From Dictyostelium discoideum (lineage: Eukaryota): DNA of 64,000 nt. The notes under the pieces were generated by a model. The model had not been told where the DNA came from, made no database searches, and saw only the letters and a list, made by a program, of their open reading frames with translations. Location of the stretch: NCBI GenBank assembly GCA_000004695.1, contig CM000154.2:3264001-3328000 (forward strand). The letters run 5' to 3'. The position numbers and the translations under genes are program-made. Each line of letters begins with the position of its first letter. Within the stretch, counting starts at the first letter, position 1. Below, piece by piece: positions 49,764-62,669 of this stretch.

Positions 49764-52073
49764 ATGATTAATATTGAAGATATTTCAAAATCTTCAAACC
49801 AAAGTGAAGAAAAACAATTAAAAAGTACAAGTTCAAAACCAAAATACTCATTCGCAGCAAAAAGTTTATTCAAAGGTTCAAATAATATTACACCATATTA
49901 TTTATCAACCAGTAATACATTCCAATGTGTAGCATCTGAGTCAATTCAAACATGGCTTCTTTCAGATGATGGTCATATCTTTACATCCAGTGGTAATTTT
50001 GTTTTAGATGTTTCATCAGGTGGTTATTTTGTTGAATTAGTACAACTTAATTCAAATTCAAAAACTCAAATTTGGACAATTGATACAACAAATAATAAAA
50101 TTCAAAACCAAGGTAATGGTAAATACCTTGATATCGACAATTTGAATATTTGTGTTGCACCTCTAAATGGAAACGCAACTCAACAATGGACAACTTTTAG
50201 AAGAGCACCAATTCCAACTGGTAATTGGGGTTACTTTCAAAGCAAACAAATGGATTCAAATAATAATTATTGGGGTTTAAGTGTATTAAATAATAGTAAA
50301 TCATATAATACTAGTGTAGTAATGAATAAAGTTCAAGCAAAATCAAAAGGTCAAATTTGGCAAATGACAAACGATGGTCACATTTTATCACGTTTGGATG
50401 GTAGTTTGGTATTAGATATTGGTCCATCAATTAATGGTAGTACAACAAACTATTATTTAGATACCAATGTTTACAAAGCAAATGATCTAAAGCAACAATG
50501 GGGTATCAACGAAAATAATCAAATATTCAATCAATATTATCCAAATTTATGTATTGGATTCGTTGGTGAACTTGGAGTTGATTCAACTGTTAATTGTGTA
50601 TTAGCTCAACCAAGTAGTGCTAGTGATATTAATTTCCAATGGATTACAAATCCAACCTATTCATTAAATGAAATTGTTAGTGAAGTACCAGAACCATTTC
50701 CAGCTTACACAAGTGGTGATTTATTAGCATCATATCAATACCTTAGTAATATTGCAACTTCTAATTTTACTGATGATATTAGATCACTTTATACAGGAAT
50801 CAATGTTAGTTTACAATCCTTTTTAAGTATTGTCACCAATGCAACTTGTCCATCATCAATTCATTCGACTGAAGATTTTTCAAATGTTCAAAATCAAATC
50901 AAAACTGAACTCATCTATGCAATCGATGTCCGTTTAGTATTTGAAAACTATTCTGGTTTTTATAGTAAATTATTTAGTCAAGGTAGTTCAAATTTAACAA
51001 ATTTAGCAAATTTAATTAATGTTGATATGTCATCTAATCAAATGGTTAATGCAAATTATACTGATGCAATTACTAGTGTTTTTTATTCACTTATTTCAGA
51101 GATTCCAGTAGGTGGTTCAATAATTGCAAACATTGGTCAATCAGCAGTAGAATGGGGTGAATTAATTTCTCAAAGTAATTATCAAGGTGCATCAACCTAT
51201 CAAGTTGAATTAAGTCAACTCTACTCTCATTTAAATACAAACTATGAAAATGAAATGGCAAATGCTCAAAGTATGAAGGATACCATTTTACAAGATTGGG
51301 GTATGATGAGTAAAACTTATGCATTATGTTTCTTACCAACCAATGATCCATCCTCACTCAATATCAATGGATTAAACTTTGAAAAAATTTCAGATGTTGC
51401 ATCTGTAGCTTACGAAATTGCAATGATTCAAATGTTATTACCAACTACTTATCAAATTTACTTTACACCAGCTGGTTATTGGGTACCTTATTCAGATGGT
51501 GATTTCGCTTATAGTGATAACTCTGGAACCTATATTATGGCCACTATCGAGTATAGTAATTCTTATCCTCCAAAGGAATTGACCGATAAGTTATGGAATA
51601 ATGGGGTTTCAAAACAAGAATTTTTCTGGTCAGCTTATGGTTGGAATTTAGCTACCTCACTCACCTATTACAATATGGCAAACAAGTTTGGTAATATCTA
51701 TAAATTAGCTTTTCCAACAATTAAAAATTTTACAGGAGTACCAATGCAATTTGTAATGACCAATGATGGTGATAATCTTTGTAATTTCCCAGTCAAAACT
51801 CATTTTGCAAAATTTTTTTCTATATATTACAGTTGTGGAGATCTTGGTCATCATTATTTCGACATTGCCGTAAATGATATTAACGATAACAAGGTTGCAA
51901 ATTTCACAGTTGATATTAATTTAGAAGCTATTGAAGGAAGTTATGTTTCAATCAAAACTGGTTCATTAGTTGTTCAGCCAGGTTATGCTGTTGGTAATCC
52001 AATTTGTAATCAAGGTAGTTATTCTCTAATGTTTTCTGCTTCAATTTTAATTCCAATTTATAAATCAGAATAA
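49764..52073 (+). CDS. 769-aa protein with N-terminal ricin-B (QxW)3 lectin repeats; resembles the Dictyostelium calcium-upregulated 'Cup' family
   Basis: Ricin-B signatures are TQIWTID...GKYLDID, QQWTTF and [25 protein letters not shown]...QQWGIN. The single ORF has no signal peptide. The family assignment is from memory of domain architecture and size only. Confidence 0.65.
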   Translation: MINIEDISKSSNQSEEKQLKSTSSKPKYSFAAKSLFKGSNNITPYYLSTSNTFQCVASESIQTWLLSDDGHIFTSSGNFVLDVSSGGYFVELVQLNSNSKTQIWTIDTTNNKIQNQGNGKYLDIDNLNICVAPLNGNATQQWTTFRRAPIPTGNWGYFQSKQMDSNNNYWGLSVLNNSKSYNTSVVMNKVQAKSKGQIWQMTNDGHILSRLDGSLVLDIGPSINGSTTNYYLDTNVYKANDLKQQWGINENNQIFNQYYPNLCIGFVGELGVDSTVNCVLAQPSSASDINFQWITNPTYSLNEIVSEVPEPFPAYTSGDLLASYQYLSNIATSNFTDDIRSLYTGINVSLQSFLSIVTNATCPSSIHSTEDFSNVQNQIKTELIYAIDVRLVFENYSGFYSKLFSQGSSNLTNLANLINVDMSSNQMVNANYTDAITSVFYSLISEIPVGGSIIANIGQSAVEWGELISQSNYQGASTYQVELSQLYSHLNTNYENEMANAQSMKDTILQDWGMMSKTYALCFLPTNDPSSLNINGLNFEKISDVASVAYEIAMIQMLLPTTYQIYFTPAGYWVPYSDGDFAYSDNSGTYIMATIEYSNSYPPKELTDKLWNNGVSKQEFFWSAYGWNLATSLTYYNMANKFGNIYKLAFPTIKNFTGVPMQFVMTNDGDNLCNFPVKTHFAKFFSIYYSCGDLGHHYFDIAVNDINDNKVANFTVDINLEAIEGSYVSIKTGSLVVQPGYAVGNPICNQGSYSLMFSASILIPIYKSE

Positions 52074-52289
52074 AAAATAAAATTATCGGAATATAAAAAT
52101 CAATTTATATTCTTTTCAATTATTAAAAATTAAAAATAAAATAAAATAAAATCCTTAATCGACTATAAAAAAAAAAATTGTTGGATGGTGAAAAGAAAAT
52201 GATCCCCAATAATAAACTAGTAGTAAATAGTTGAGTTATTATTTATTATTTATTTTTTATATTTTTTTAAAAAATGATTTCAATGAAAA

Positions 52290-52530
52290 GGAAATTCTAT
52301 GGGTTTGTAAAGTCCCACTGCCATGATGAACATTGAAACCCACAACATTGCATTCTACTAATGAATCATGTTAGCACCAGTATCAATTTTATTGATTATT
52401 TGAAGTGAGTTGTTGAGTTTGGCTAATCATAAACCAGGTACACAAAGTTTATCAGTGAAGGAGACGTTTGGATTGATTGTGTTATTGGTTGGGATAAATC
52501 GAAAAGATTACCTTAGTAGCTGATTGAGGT
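52290..52530 (+). ncRNA. Candidate small-ncRNA locus: non-AT-rich intergenic island with a DUSE-like motif ACCCACAA (52338..52345) and a C-box-like CATGATGA (52322..52329)
   Basis: About 60% A+T inside a desert that is more than 90% A+T, with no ORF over 25 codons. The DUSE consensus (A/T)CCCA(C/T)AA normally sits about 60 nt upstream of Dictyostelium snRNA/snoRNA/class-I RNA starts. Strand and exact ends are not determinable here. Confidence 0.2.
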
Positions 52531-52560
52531 GTTGAACTATTACTACTATATATTATTATT

Positions 52561-52567
52561 GTTGTAG

Positions 52568-52637
<70 letters not shown>
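52561..52637. repeat. (GTT)n microsatellite, about 25 units
   Basis: Direct reading; it sits immediately 3' of the non-AT-rich island between the two ricin-B paralogs. Confidence 0.95.
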
Positions 52638-52639
<2 letters not shown>

Positions 52640-52960
52640 TTAGTAGAGGTGATGAAATGATGACTCAACAATATTTCAAAAAAAGAATTAAATTAACAAA
52701 TAATTGAATATTCAAATTATAAATCTTTATTTGATTGTTTATATTCCAAACACTAAACACTTCAAAAAAGGATTTATAAATTTCAATCAAAAATAATCTG
52801 GTAATTTAATTCTTTTTGAAGTAATGTTGCTTCATCGTTTGAACTAAAATTAATCTAATTATTTGTTATGTAATTATTAAAAATATATATTTTATAAAAA
52901 TATTTTTAATAATTATATAACAAATAATTATACCTAGGATTTGAATTTTTGAATTTTTGG

Positions 52961-52991
<31 letters not shown>

Positions 52992-53338
52992 AATTAAAAA
53001 AAAAAAAGGATTGAAAAGTGTTAAAAAAAAATAATAATAATAAAAAACATAAGTTTAGATATAATATAAAAGTGTTGCAAATCATTTATATTTAATTTTT
53101 TTTAAAAAAAAATAATAAATAAACTATAAATAAATTTTTTTTTTTTTTTTTTTTTTTTTTCAAAAATTTTAGAGAAGGCCATCAAAAATTTAATTTGTAT
53201 TAATCCTTTTCCAAATTAACCAATATTTTAATATAAAAATAAAAAAAAAAAAATCTTTGTGATAATCTAATTATTTTCAAATAAAATATATTAAAATTTT
53301 ATTTTAATTATTTATTATTTTAAATCTATTATCAATAT

Positions 53339-53371
<33 letters not shown>

Positions 53372-53542
53372 GGTGTTTTGAAGATACTTTTATTTTTTTC
53401 AATAATAAGTTTTTTAAATTTTTTTTTCTAAGATACTGTTTTTATTGGCATTTTTTGGTGTTTTGAAGATATTTTTATTTTTTTCGATAATAAGTTTTTT
53501 AAATTTTTTTCTTTTTTTTTTTTTTTTTTTTTATTATAAAAA

Positions 53543-53660
53543 TTCACACTTTAGCCAATTAAAACACAAACCCTAAAAAATGAAACGAGCGAAAGATAAC
53601 ACTCCATTTTGACACCTGTGTTGGTGTTGACTTGAACAAAGATCTAAACCAGGGGTTAAA
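53543..53660 (+). promoter_or_regulatory. Paralogous copy of the conserved upstream block (core 53594..53647), with the adjacent 'ggtgttttgaagata...ttttttaaattttttt' sub-block duplicated in tandem (53395-53520)
   Basis: This comes from the same alignment as 49500..49612. Confidence 0.4.
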
Positions 53661-53806
53661 AAAAAAAATAAAATAAAATAATAGACTTAAAAAAAAAAAT
53701 ATAAATACTTTAAAACTTTTTTTTTTTTTCATTCCCAAAAATAAATTAAATAACTTTTAAAACAAATAATTTAAATAAATAAAATAAAAAAATTAAAAAT
53801 AAAAAA

Positions 53807-56116
53807 ATGATAAATATTAAAGATATTTCAAAATCTTCAAATCAAAGTGAAGAAAAATCATTAAAAGGTACAAGTTCAAAAACAAAATACCCATTCGCAG
53901 CAAAAAGTTTATTCAAAGGTTCAAATAATATTACACCATATTATTTATCAACCAGTAATACATTCCAATGTGTAGCATCTGAGTCAATTCAAACATGGCT
54001 TCTTTCAGATGATGGTCATATCTTTACATCCAGTGGTAATTTTGTTTTAGATGTTTCATCAGGTGGTTATTTTGTTGAATTAGTACAACTTAATTCAAAT
54101 TCAAAAACTCAAATTTGGACAATTGATACAACAAATAATAAAATTCAAAACCAAGGTAATGGTAAATACCTTGATATCGACAATTTGAAAATTTGTGTTG
54201 CACCTTTAAATGGAAACGCAACTCAAAAATGGACAACTTTTAGAAGAGCACCAATTCCAACTGGTAATTGGGGTTACTTTCAAAGCAAACAATTGGATTC
54301 CAATAATAATTATTGGGGTTTAAGTGTATTAAATAATAGTAAATCATATAATACTAGTGTAGTAATGAATAAAGTTCAAGCAAAATCAATAGGTCAAATT
54401 TGGCAAATGACAAACGATGGTCACATTTTATCACGTTTGGATGGTAATTTAGTATTAGATATTGGTCCATCAATTAATGGTAGTAAAACAAACTATTATT
54501 TAGATACCAATGTTTACAAAGCAAATGATCTAAAGCAACAATGGGGTATCAACGAAAATAATCAAATATTCAATCAATATTATCCAAATTTATGTATTGG
54601 ATTCGTTGGTGAACTTGGAGTTGATTCAACTGTTAATTGTGTATTAGCTCAACCAAGTAGTGCTAGTGATATTAATTTCCAATGGATTACAAATCCAACC
54701 TATTCATTAAATGAAATTGTTAGTGAAGTACCAGAACCATTTCCAGCTTACACAAGTGGTGATTTATTAGCATCATATCAATACATTAGTAATATTGCAA
54801 CAAATGGTCATACTGATGACATTAGATCACTTTATACAAGTATTAATGTTAGTTTAGAAATTTTCTATGTTAATGTCACCAATGCAACTTGTCCATCATC
54901 AATTCATTCAACTGAAGATTTTTCAAATGTTCAAAATCAAATCAAAAATGAACTCACCTACGCAATCACTGTCCGTTTAGTATTTGAAAACTATTCTGGT
55001 TTTTATAGTAAATTATTTAGTCAAGGTAGTACAAATTTAACAAACTTGGCAAATTTAATTAATGTTGATATGTCATCTGACCAAGTTGTTAATGGAGATT
55101 ACACCGATGCAATTACCAGTGTTTTTTATGCAATTATTTCAGAGATACCAATTGGTGGTTCAATAATTGCAAACATTGGTGAGTCAGCAGTAGAATTTGG
55201 TGAATTATATGCTGAAAGTAATGATTCAGGCCCATCAACCTATCAAGTTACATTAAGTAAACTCTATGATCATTTAAATGAAAATTATGAAAATGAAATG
55301 ACAAATGCTCAAAGTATGAAAAATACCATTTTACAAGATTGGGGTATGATGAGTAAAACCTTTGCATTATGTTTCTTACCAACCAAAAATCCATCCTCAC
55401 TCAATATCAATGGATTAGACTTTCAAAAAATTTCTACCATAGCTTCTTTAGCTTACCAAACTGCAATGATTCAAATGCTATTACCAACTAATTATCAAAT
55501 TTACTTTACACCAGCTGGTTACTATGCACCAGTTTCAAGTGATGATTACTCTTATACTGATAGTACTGGAACCTATATTATGGCCGAAATCGATAACTGT
55601 AACTCTTATCCTCCAAAAGCTTTAACCGATAAGTTATGGAATAATGGAGTTTCAAAACAAGAAGTTTTCACATCTTCCTATGGTTGGAATTTAGCTACCT
55701 CTGTGACCTATTACAATATGGTCGATAAATATAGTGGAATGTTTAAATTATCTTTCCCAACTGTAAAGAATTTTACATCAGTACCAATGCAATTCGTAAT
55801 GACCAATGGAAGTGATAGAGTTGGTACTTTCAATGTTAAAACTCATTTTGCTGGATTAGCCTCAACATATTACTATTCAGGTGCTCTTGGTCATCATTAT
55901 TACGATATTGCTGTAACTGATATTGACGGTAACAAGGTTGCAAATTTCACAGTTGACAATAATTTGGAAGCTCTTGAAGGTAGTTATGTTTCAATCAAAA
56001 CTGGTTCATTAGTTGTTCAACCAGGTTATGTTGTTGGTAATCCAACTTGTAATCAAGGTAGTTTTTCTCAAGGATTTGCTGCTTCAATTTTAATTCCAAT
56101 TTATAAATCAAATTAA
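53807..56116 (+). CDS. Tandem paralog (769 aa, about 85% identical) of the ricin-B lectin / Cup-like protein
   Basis: It is collinear with 49764..52073 over its full length. Differences cluster at residues 330-350 and 440-480 and in the C-terminal 200 aa. Confidence 0.65.
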   Translation: MINIKDISKSSNQSEEKSLKGTSSKTKYPFAAKSLFKGSNNITPYYLSTSNTFQCVASESIQTWLLSDDGHIFTSSGNFVLDVSSGGYFVELVQLNSNSKTQIWTIDTTNNKIQNQGNGKYLDIDNLKICVAPLNGNATQKWTTFRRAPIPTGNWGYFQSKQLDSNNNYWGLSVLNNSKSYNTSVVMNKVQAKSIGQIWQMTNDGHILSRLDGNLVLDIGPSINGSKTNYYLDTNVYKANDLKQQWGINENNQIFNQYYPNLCIGFVGELGVDSTVNCVLAQPSSASDINFQWITNPTYSLNEIVSEVPEPFPAYTSGDLLASYQYISNIATNGHTDDIRSLYTSINVSLEIFYVNVTNATCPSSIHSTEDFSNVQNQIKNELTYAITVRLVFENYSGFYSKLFSQGSTNLTNLANLINVDMSSDQVVNGDYTDAITSVFYAIISEIPIGGSIIANIGESAVEFGELYAESNDSGPSTYQVTLSKLYDHLNENYENEMTNAQSMKNTILQDWGMMSKTFALCFLPTKNPSSLNINGLDFQKISTIASLAYQTAMIQMLLPTNYQIYFTPAGYYAPVSSDDYSYTDSTGTYIMAEIDNCNSYPPKALTDKLWNNGVSKQEVFTSSYGWNLATSVTYYNMVDKYSGMFKLSFPTVKNFTSVPMQFVMTNGSDRVGTFNVKTHFAGLASTYYYSGALGHHYYDIAVTDIDGNKVANFTVDNNLEALEGSYVSIKTGSLVVQPGYVVGNPTCNQGSFSQGFAASILIPIYKSN

Positions 56117-56744
56117 AAAAAATCGATTTTAAAATCATTAAAATTCAAATTTTTAAAAAAAAAAAATAAAAATTAAGTATTTTTTTTTTTTTTATTTTAT
56201 CCACTTGCAAATTAAATATTTTTTCTTAAATTTTTTTTTTATTTATTTATTTAAATTTTTCAATGAATCTCAAAAAAATATATTAATGGGTTGATAAAAC
56301 AAAAATCCAATGTGGTGAATCTGGACGATTCCATTCGACAAAGAGATTAGCACGTTTGTTTTTAAATTTCATTAAATTTTTTTGTTTGCCCAAATAAAAT
56401 AAGAATTAATGTAAAATTTAATAAAAAAAACAATTATATATTTTATTTTATTAAATCACCTTTTCTCAAAACATTGAAATAATTTTCTTAATTTGTTTAA
56501 TTTTTATCTAAAATCTAAATAAAATTTAATATTGATTTTTAGCAAAAAAAATAAGATTTTTTTTTTTTTTTTTTTATTTTTTTTTTTTTTTTTGTATTTT
56601 TTTAAATTTTTTTTTTTTAATTTTTTTAATCAAATTTCTAAATTGTTGAGGTGGGCTAACACTAATTCTTTTTTTTTTTTTTTTTATATTTATTTCACAA
56701 AACAATACATATAAATATATAACATATAAAGATTAAATAATAAA

Positions 56745-57401
56745 ATGCAAACAAATTTATTTAATAAATGGAATAAAATTATTAAAATATCAAAAATTGA
56801 AAATTTTCAAGAAATTAATAATAAATGGTGGAATATAATTAATGAAAGATATAATGAAAAACAAAGATTCTATCATAACTTAACACATATAAATGAATTA
56901 TTAAATCTTGAAGAACAATTCAATTGTAAATTAAAAAAATCAGAAGTTATTCAATGGTCAATTTGGTTTCATGATATAATTTATGATCCAACAAGAAGTG
57001 ATAATGAAGAACTAAGTGCAAAATTATTCATTGATTTTAGTAATGATGTAAAGTTATCAGAACAAGTTATATCAGATGTTAATAAATATATTTTAGCAAC
57101 TGCAAATCATACAAAAGTTAAAAGTGATGAAGAAAAAGATACAGATTTATTATACTTTTTAGATATGGATTTATCAATATTAGGTACAGAAGAATCAGTC
57201 TATAACGCATATAGTGATGCAATTAAAAAAGAGTATTCTCATATACCAGATGATAAATATAGAATTGGTAGATCAAAGATTTTACAATCATTTGTTGATG
57301 CAGGTTATGAATCACTTTATAAAACAAATGAATTTAAAGAAATTTACGGTAAAAAAGCAATTAATAATTTAAAAAATGAAATTAAAAAATTACAACAATA
57401 A
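56745..57401 (+). CDS. 218-aa HD-domain-like (predicted metal-dependent phosphohydrolase) protein
   Basis: YHNLTH....WFHDIIYDP resembles the His...His-Asp metal site of the HD superfamily (COG4339-type). This is a weak assignment from motif memory only. Confidence 0.4.
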   Translation: MQTNLFNKWNKIIKISKIENFQEINNKWWNIINERYNEKQRFYHNLTHINELLNLEEQFNCKLKKSEVIQWSIWFHDIIYDPTRSDNEELSAKLFIDFSNDVKLSEQVISDVNKYILATANHTKVKSDEEKDTDLLYFLDMDLSILGTEESVYNAYSDAIKKEYSHIPDDKYRIGRSKILQSFVDAGYESLYKTNEFKEIYGKKAINNLKNEIKKLQQ

Positions 57402-57519
57402 TAAAAAAAATAAAAAAAAAATAAAAGAATAATTATTATTTTTTAAATATTTTAAAAAAATATATAATTATTATTATTAAAATTATTTTAATTTTATTAT
57501 TATTATTATTATTATTATT

Positions 57520-60032
57520 TTATTTTTTTTGAGTTGTAGTTGTGGTTGGTGTAGCAGTTGGTAAAGTAGAATTATCATTTGGATTTGCTAATAATGCATA
57601 AAAGAAACTTGAAGTTTTACGATCAGAAACCATTGAAAAACTAATACCAGATATGATATCAGTTTGTTTTAATATTATAAAATTTACTGGAGGAGTATTA
57701 TCAGAGGATTTACCAGCCTTCAAATAAAAACCTTGATCTCCCTTAATCTTTGTTTTAATTGGATTTGAAGTACCATTCACTACCTCCATTATTGCATCAT
57801 TAATATCGTCACCTTTTGAGAATTCAATTGCTGGATAGTTTGGTTGTTGTTGTATTTGTGATTGTGGTTGTGATTTTGGTTGTTGTTGTATCTGTGATTC
57901 TGATTGTGGTTGTTTTTGTTGTTGCTGAACCTGTTTAACTTGTTGAGTTTGAGGTGAAGATAAAGCTGGTGATTGTAAATTATTAATTTTATCAATATTG
58001 TTTTGATTCATTAAAAAACCATTTTTTATTATATTCCAATTATTTGTAACTGTACCATCTGGTTTTGAAGCAGAAATCCAAACCTCTTCATATGGATCAA
58101 TAGAAACTATTAAATAAAAATTATTGAATGGGAAAGAGAATTTCATATTTAAAAATTTAAATTCATTTCTTGTGATACCACCAATTGATAAGATTTTAAC
58201 CGGCTCTTTACCCAAAGGAGATGTGAAATCTGGAGAATTAAAATCATCTTGATAATTTAATGTTGATGGTTTAATTATTGATTTTTCATTTGGTGATTTG
58301 AAAGTAATATCAGGTAAACCAGTGCCCCATTTTAAACTTTGACCAATACTGGTTACAAATAATGGATTAATTTGATCAAATGAAAAATAGGTTGGTTGTG
58401 GTTCATCATTTGTTATTTTTTTCTCTATATTTTTTGGTGATTTCTTTTCATTTAAATTTAAATGTTCAACAATTGATTTCATTCCACTTTTATTAAAATC
58501 TTTATCATCTATTAATATTGATTGTTCTCCACTTTTAATTGATTTAAATGATTTTTTATTATTATTTGTTTCTAATTGTTGGATTGATTTCTTTGTTTCA
58601 CCTTGTTTTTGAGAATTATTTGTAGTAATTGGTTTTGTTGTTGTTATTGATTTCTTGTTTATTTCAGGTTGAATTTTTGGTGGTGAAGAAACAATTTTAG
58701 GTAAAGAAGATGGTAAAATTTGATTTAATTTATTATTACTTAAAGAGATTGTATCTTGAAATGATGCAGAATTTTTAAATGAATCTAATAAACTATTTGA
58801 AAGTAAAGGATTATTTAAAGTTTTATCACCTGTAACTGGTGATTGAAAATAAATATCATCCAAGAAAATATGATAGGTTGTTGAAAGATTTGAATTTGAA
58901 TAAGATAATTGAATTTTTCTAAATTCTATTGATTTTGGAATTCTAATTGCACATTTTATCCATTTATTCTCTGGTAAACTTACAACTTGACAAGGTGATT
59001 TTGTTTTACTACCTGTTAAGTTAAATCTTGGTACAGCATCCAATGGGTGAATTGGTATAAAAGATACCATTATATCACCACCAGTTGTTGGTAATTTCTT
59101 TTTTGATAATATATGAAATACAAAATCCATATCATCCTCCTTTTTTTAATAAAATAAAAAATAAAAAATAAATTGTTAATAATTTAATATTAATAATTTA
59201 ATAAAAAATAAAAGAAAAATAAAATAATTTTAAAAATATTTACATTTGTTTGAGTGTCAATAGTTGATTGAAAATCAATTGAAAATGCTCTAGACTTTTT
59301 CATGTTGAAAACGATTGAATATGGTGATTTTTTATAAGTTTTAACATTTTGATAAAGTTTAACACCTTTTTCTTGAGAAATGATAACGCCATAACCTTGA
59401 ACTCCACCTTTATAAATTTGTCTTCTATTTCTTGGAGTTTCTCTAACAACTAAACCAATATCATCTAAAATTACTGAACCATTTGGATGTCTTTGAAGGA
59501 ACCAAATTGCACGATAATCAGTGGATGGGAAAAACTCTAAATCAATATCAACTTCTGTCCATTTATTAGGTTGTAGATGTGATAAACGTGATACTGAATT
59601 AATTGGATTTATTAAATTGGTAATTGGTATTGCATGAATCTCCTTATCTGATGTAATTAAAGAAACGGTTATATCTTGTTGAAATGTGGTTGGATTGATC
59701 CAAATTCTTAAAGTTTTAAATAATTGTTTATTTATTGTAATATTGGCTATGCTATTGGTTTTACTAAAAATATAAAAATCTGTGGTAAATGATATACTAC
59801 TATTACTTCCCCCATGTGTTGGTGTTTTTACTTCTTGTAATTCACTACTTGAAACTATAGTAAATGAACTATTTAAACCATCACTATAAATACTAACTAA
59901 AACTTCATTGGTCGTTGGTGATCCTGTTGATACTGGTGTTGGAGTAATTGAATTACCACTACTACACAAACAATCATTTATAAAAATTAATACAATTAAT
60001 AATATTATTATTTTTGAAAATATATTTTTCAT
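57520..60032 (-). CDS. Secreted 802-aa protein of unknown function with a Q/P-rich linker: complement(join(57520..59139,59244..60032))
   Basis: The signal peptide is MKNIFSKIIILLIVLIFINDCLC. ...QTN|GTAAAT (59243) splices to AAAAAAAG|GAGGATGATATG (59139) in phase 0, joining the two ORF-track entries. A Gln/Pro-rich repeat (QIQQQPKSQPQSQIQQQP) separates two beta-rich regions. Confidence 0.6.
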
Positions 60033-60089
60033 TTTTTTTTTCTTTATAAAATAAAAATATATAGATTTATTTATCTATATATTTTTTTA

Positions 60090-60136
<47 letters not shown>

Positions 60137-60456
60137 AATAATTATTTTTTTTTTTTTTTTTTCCTTTTATAAGGAAAAAAAAGAAATTAAAAATATAAAT
60201 ATATATATATATAATAAATATAAAATAATTAATTAGCACCACCCTGAAAATAATTAAGAGATTCAGACAATTTAAATCTTGTTTTCCTTAAAAAAAAAAC
60301 AAGTGAAAAACTTACACCAATTTTAGGAAATGTTTTTCTAATTGGAAAGTTTGAATATGTAAAATCTTCTGATAGTTGTTGCTACTCCGAATTTAATTAT
60401 AATAACGATGACAACAAAATAATTACCCTATAAAGTGATGAGATGAGAGAATAGAA

Positions 60457-60488
<32 letters not shown>

Positions 60489-60751
60489 TAATAAAAATAA
60501 AAAAAATAAAAATAAATAATTATAATAATTGATAATATAAAATTTATTATTAAATTATATGATATTATTGAAAAAATAAAAATAAAAATAATAATTATAT
60601 TAACAATGGATAAAATACAAATCTTAAGATTTATAATGGATTTTTATTTATTTTTTATTTTTTTTTATTTTTATTTTTATTTTTTGTATTACAAAAAATA
60701 AACCCCCAAATATATATATATATATGTGTGATATATATTTCATCTTATTTT

Positions 60752-60783
<32 letters not shown>

Positions 60784-60837
60784 CTTTTTTTTTTTTTTTG
60801 CTTAATCAAAGTCTTCATACACATAAACAAAACACCC

Positions 60838-60845
60838 ACCCATAA
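60838..60845 (+). promoter_or_regulatory. DUSE-like motif ACCCATAA in a non-AT-rich patch; about 70 nt downstream lies a 35-nt unique segment (60917..60951) followed by T6
   Basis: acacccacccataa...gacgtacgagg stands out in the 60.0-61.5 kb A/T desert. agcactgggagttccaatatcaatatcatca+TTTTTT could be a short Pol III-type transcript. The class-I RNA 11-nt motif is not present. Confidence 0.2.
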
Positions 60846-61550
60846 TTTTGTATTAGACGTACGAGGAATATTTTATTTTATTTTATTTTTTTTTTATTTT
60901 TTTTTTTTTTTTTTTTAAATAGCACTGGGAGTTCCAATATCAATATCATCATTTTTTATATTATTTTTAATTAAATTAATTTTGAATAAATATCTAACCA
61001 TATGATTTCTTTTTTGTTTTTTTTTTATTTTTTTTTATTTTTTTATTTTTTTTTATTTTTTATAAATCTTGAATATTTTTTAAACAAATAAATTATTTAT
61101 AAAAATATTTTTTTTTTTTTTTTTTTTTTTTGATCAACTACGAATTAAAAAATTCACCACAAAAACAAAAACAAAAAAAAAACCACCCAGGTTAAAAATA
61201 ATTCCCCAGTGTCAATTTTTGTTTTGTTGATTTTTTTTGTTTTTTTTTTTATTTTTATTTTTATTTTTTTTTTTTTTTGTTTTTGTTTTTTTATTTTTTT
61301 TTTTTTTTTTATAGTTGAAAATAAAAAAGATTTTATAAAACCACCATAATAAATTCTCTTGAAATTTTTTAAAAAAGGAGATATAAATATAAATTTTTAT
61401 TTAATAAAAAAAAGAATAAAATATTAATTTTATAAATAAAAATAAATAAAAAATAATAATTTTTTATAAAAAAAAAAAAACCACACAAACACACAAAATT
61501 GTATAATAATAGTAACAATAATATAAACAAAAAAAAAAAAATTAAATAAA

Positions 61551-62188
61551 ATGGAAGAATTAAATAAATACAAAAGAGATCTTGAAAATATTAGCACCAA
61601 ATATATTCTCTTAGAAAAGGAAAATAAAGAATTAAGAGAAAAGAATGATGAATTAAATAGAAAATTAACAATTCAATTAAATAATAATGCGGTTTTAGAA
61701 GAGAAATTAGGTGTTCAAAATAGAAATAATGAAATGTAAATATTTTAATTAATAAATATTAATACATTTAATGGTAATATACTGACTTCTTTTATTTTGT
61801 TTTTTAATTTAGTTATATCACCGTACCAAGAAAGATTCAAGGAGAAGAAGGTTTAATGAGAAAATATACAGCATATGTTATTGAAGTTGAAGGTAGTGAA
61901 AATAAGAGATATCAAGTTACAAGAAGATATAAACAATTTGTATTACTTCACACACAATTGGTTAGAGTATTTGGAGAACATGATTTACCATCTTTACCAG
62001 CAAAAGCAAATGGTCTCTATTTTTCAAAAGACGATCATACTGAAAAACGTAGAGTTAATTTACAAGAATATCTTCAAAATTTAGCAAAGAATCCAGCAAT
62101 CTTAAATTCACCAGTTTTCTATCATTTCCTTAAAAGAGACGAAGGTCAAAACATTGACCATGTCCCAAGTTCAACTCCATCTCATTGA
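61551..62188 (+). CDS. PX-domain protein (sorting-nexin-like), about 186 aa, with an N-terminal coiled coil: join(61551..61735,61813..62188)
   Basis: PX signature RRYKQFVLLHTQL....LPSLPAK......KRRVNLQEYLQNL. GTAAAT...AATTTAG is the phase-2 intron. Exon 1 is a heptad-rich KELREKNDELNRKL. Confidence 0.7.
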
Positions 62189-62669
62189 CTATCAAATGAT
62201 TCAATTAATTTGACCAATTCAATCAATTAAATCAAATAATATATATATACGTTTATAGGTGTTGGTCAAAAAAAAAAAAAATAAAAAAAAAAAAAAATGG
62301 ATTTATCCCTCATGTAAAAACAACCGAATAAAAAAAATAATAAAAAAATAAAAAAATAAAATTTTTTTTTTTTTTGATTTCTTTTTTCTATTTTTAATTT
62401 AAAACACAACCCCCTGGCCAGTTTTTTTAATTTATTTTTTTAAAATTGTCAAAAAAAAAATAAAAAAAAATAAAAAATAAAAAATAAAAAATAAAAAAAA
62501 AGAAAAAAAAAGAAAAAAAGGGGGTGGTTGTAATATTTTTTTTTTTTTTTTTTTAATAAAACTGTTTTATAAAAACAAAGCCAGTAATATTACATTTAAT
62601 TATTTTATTTATTTTCATTTATTTATTTTTTAGTTCACATTTAAAAAATAATTTTCTCAATTTTTAAAA

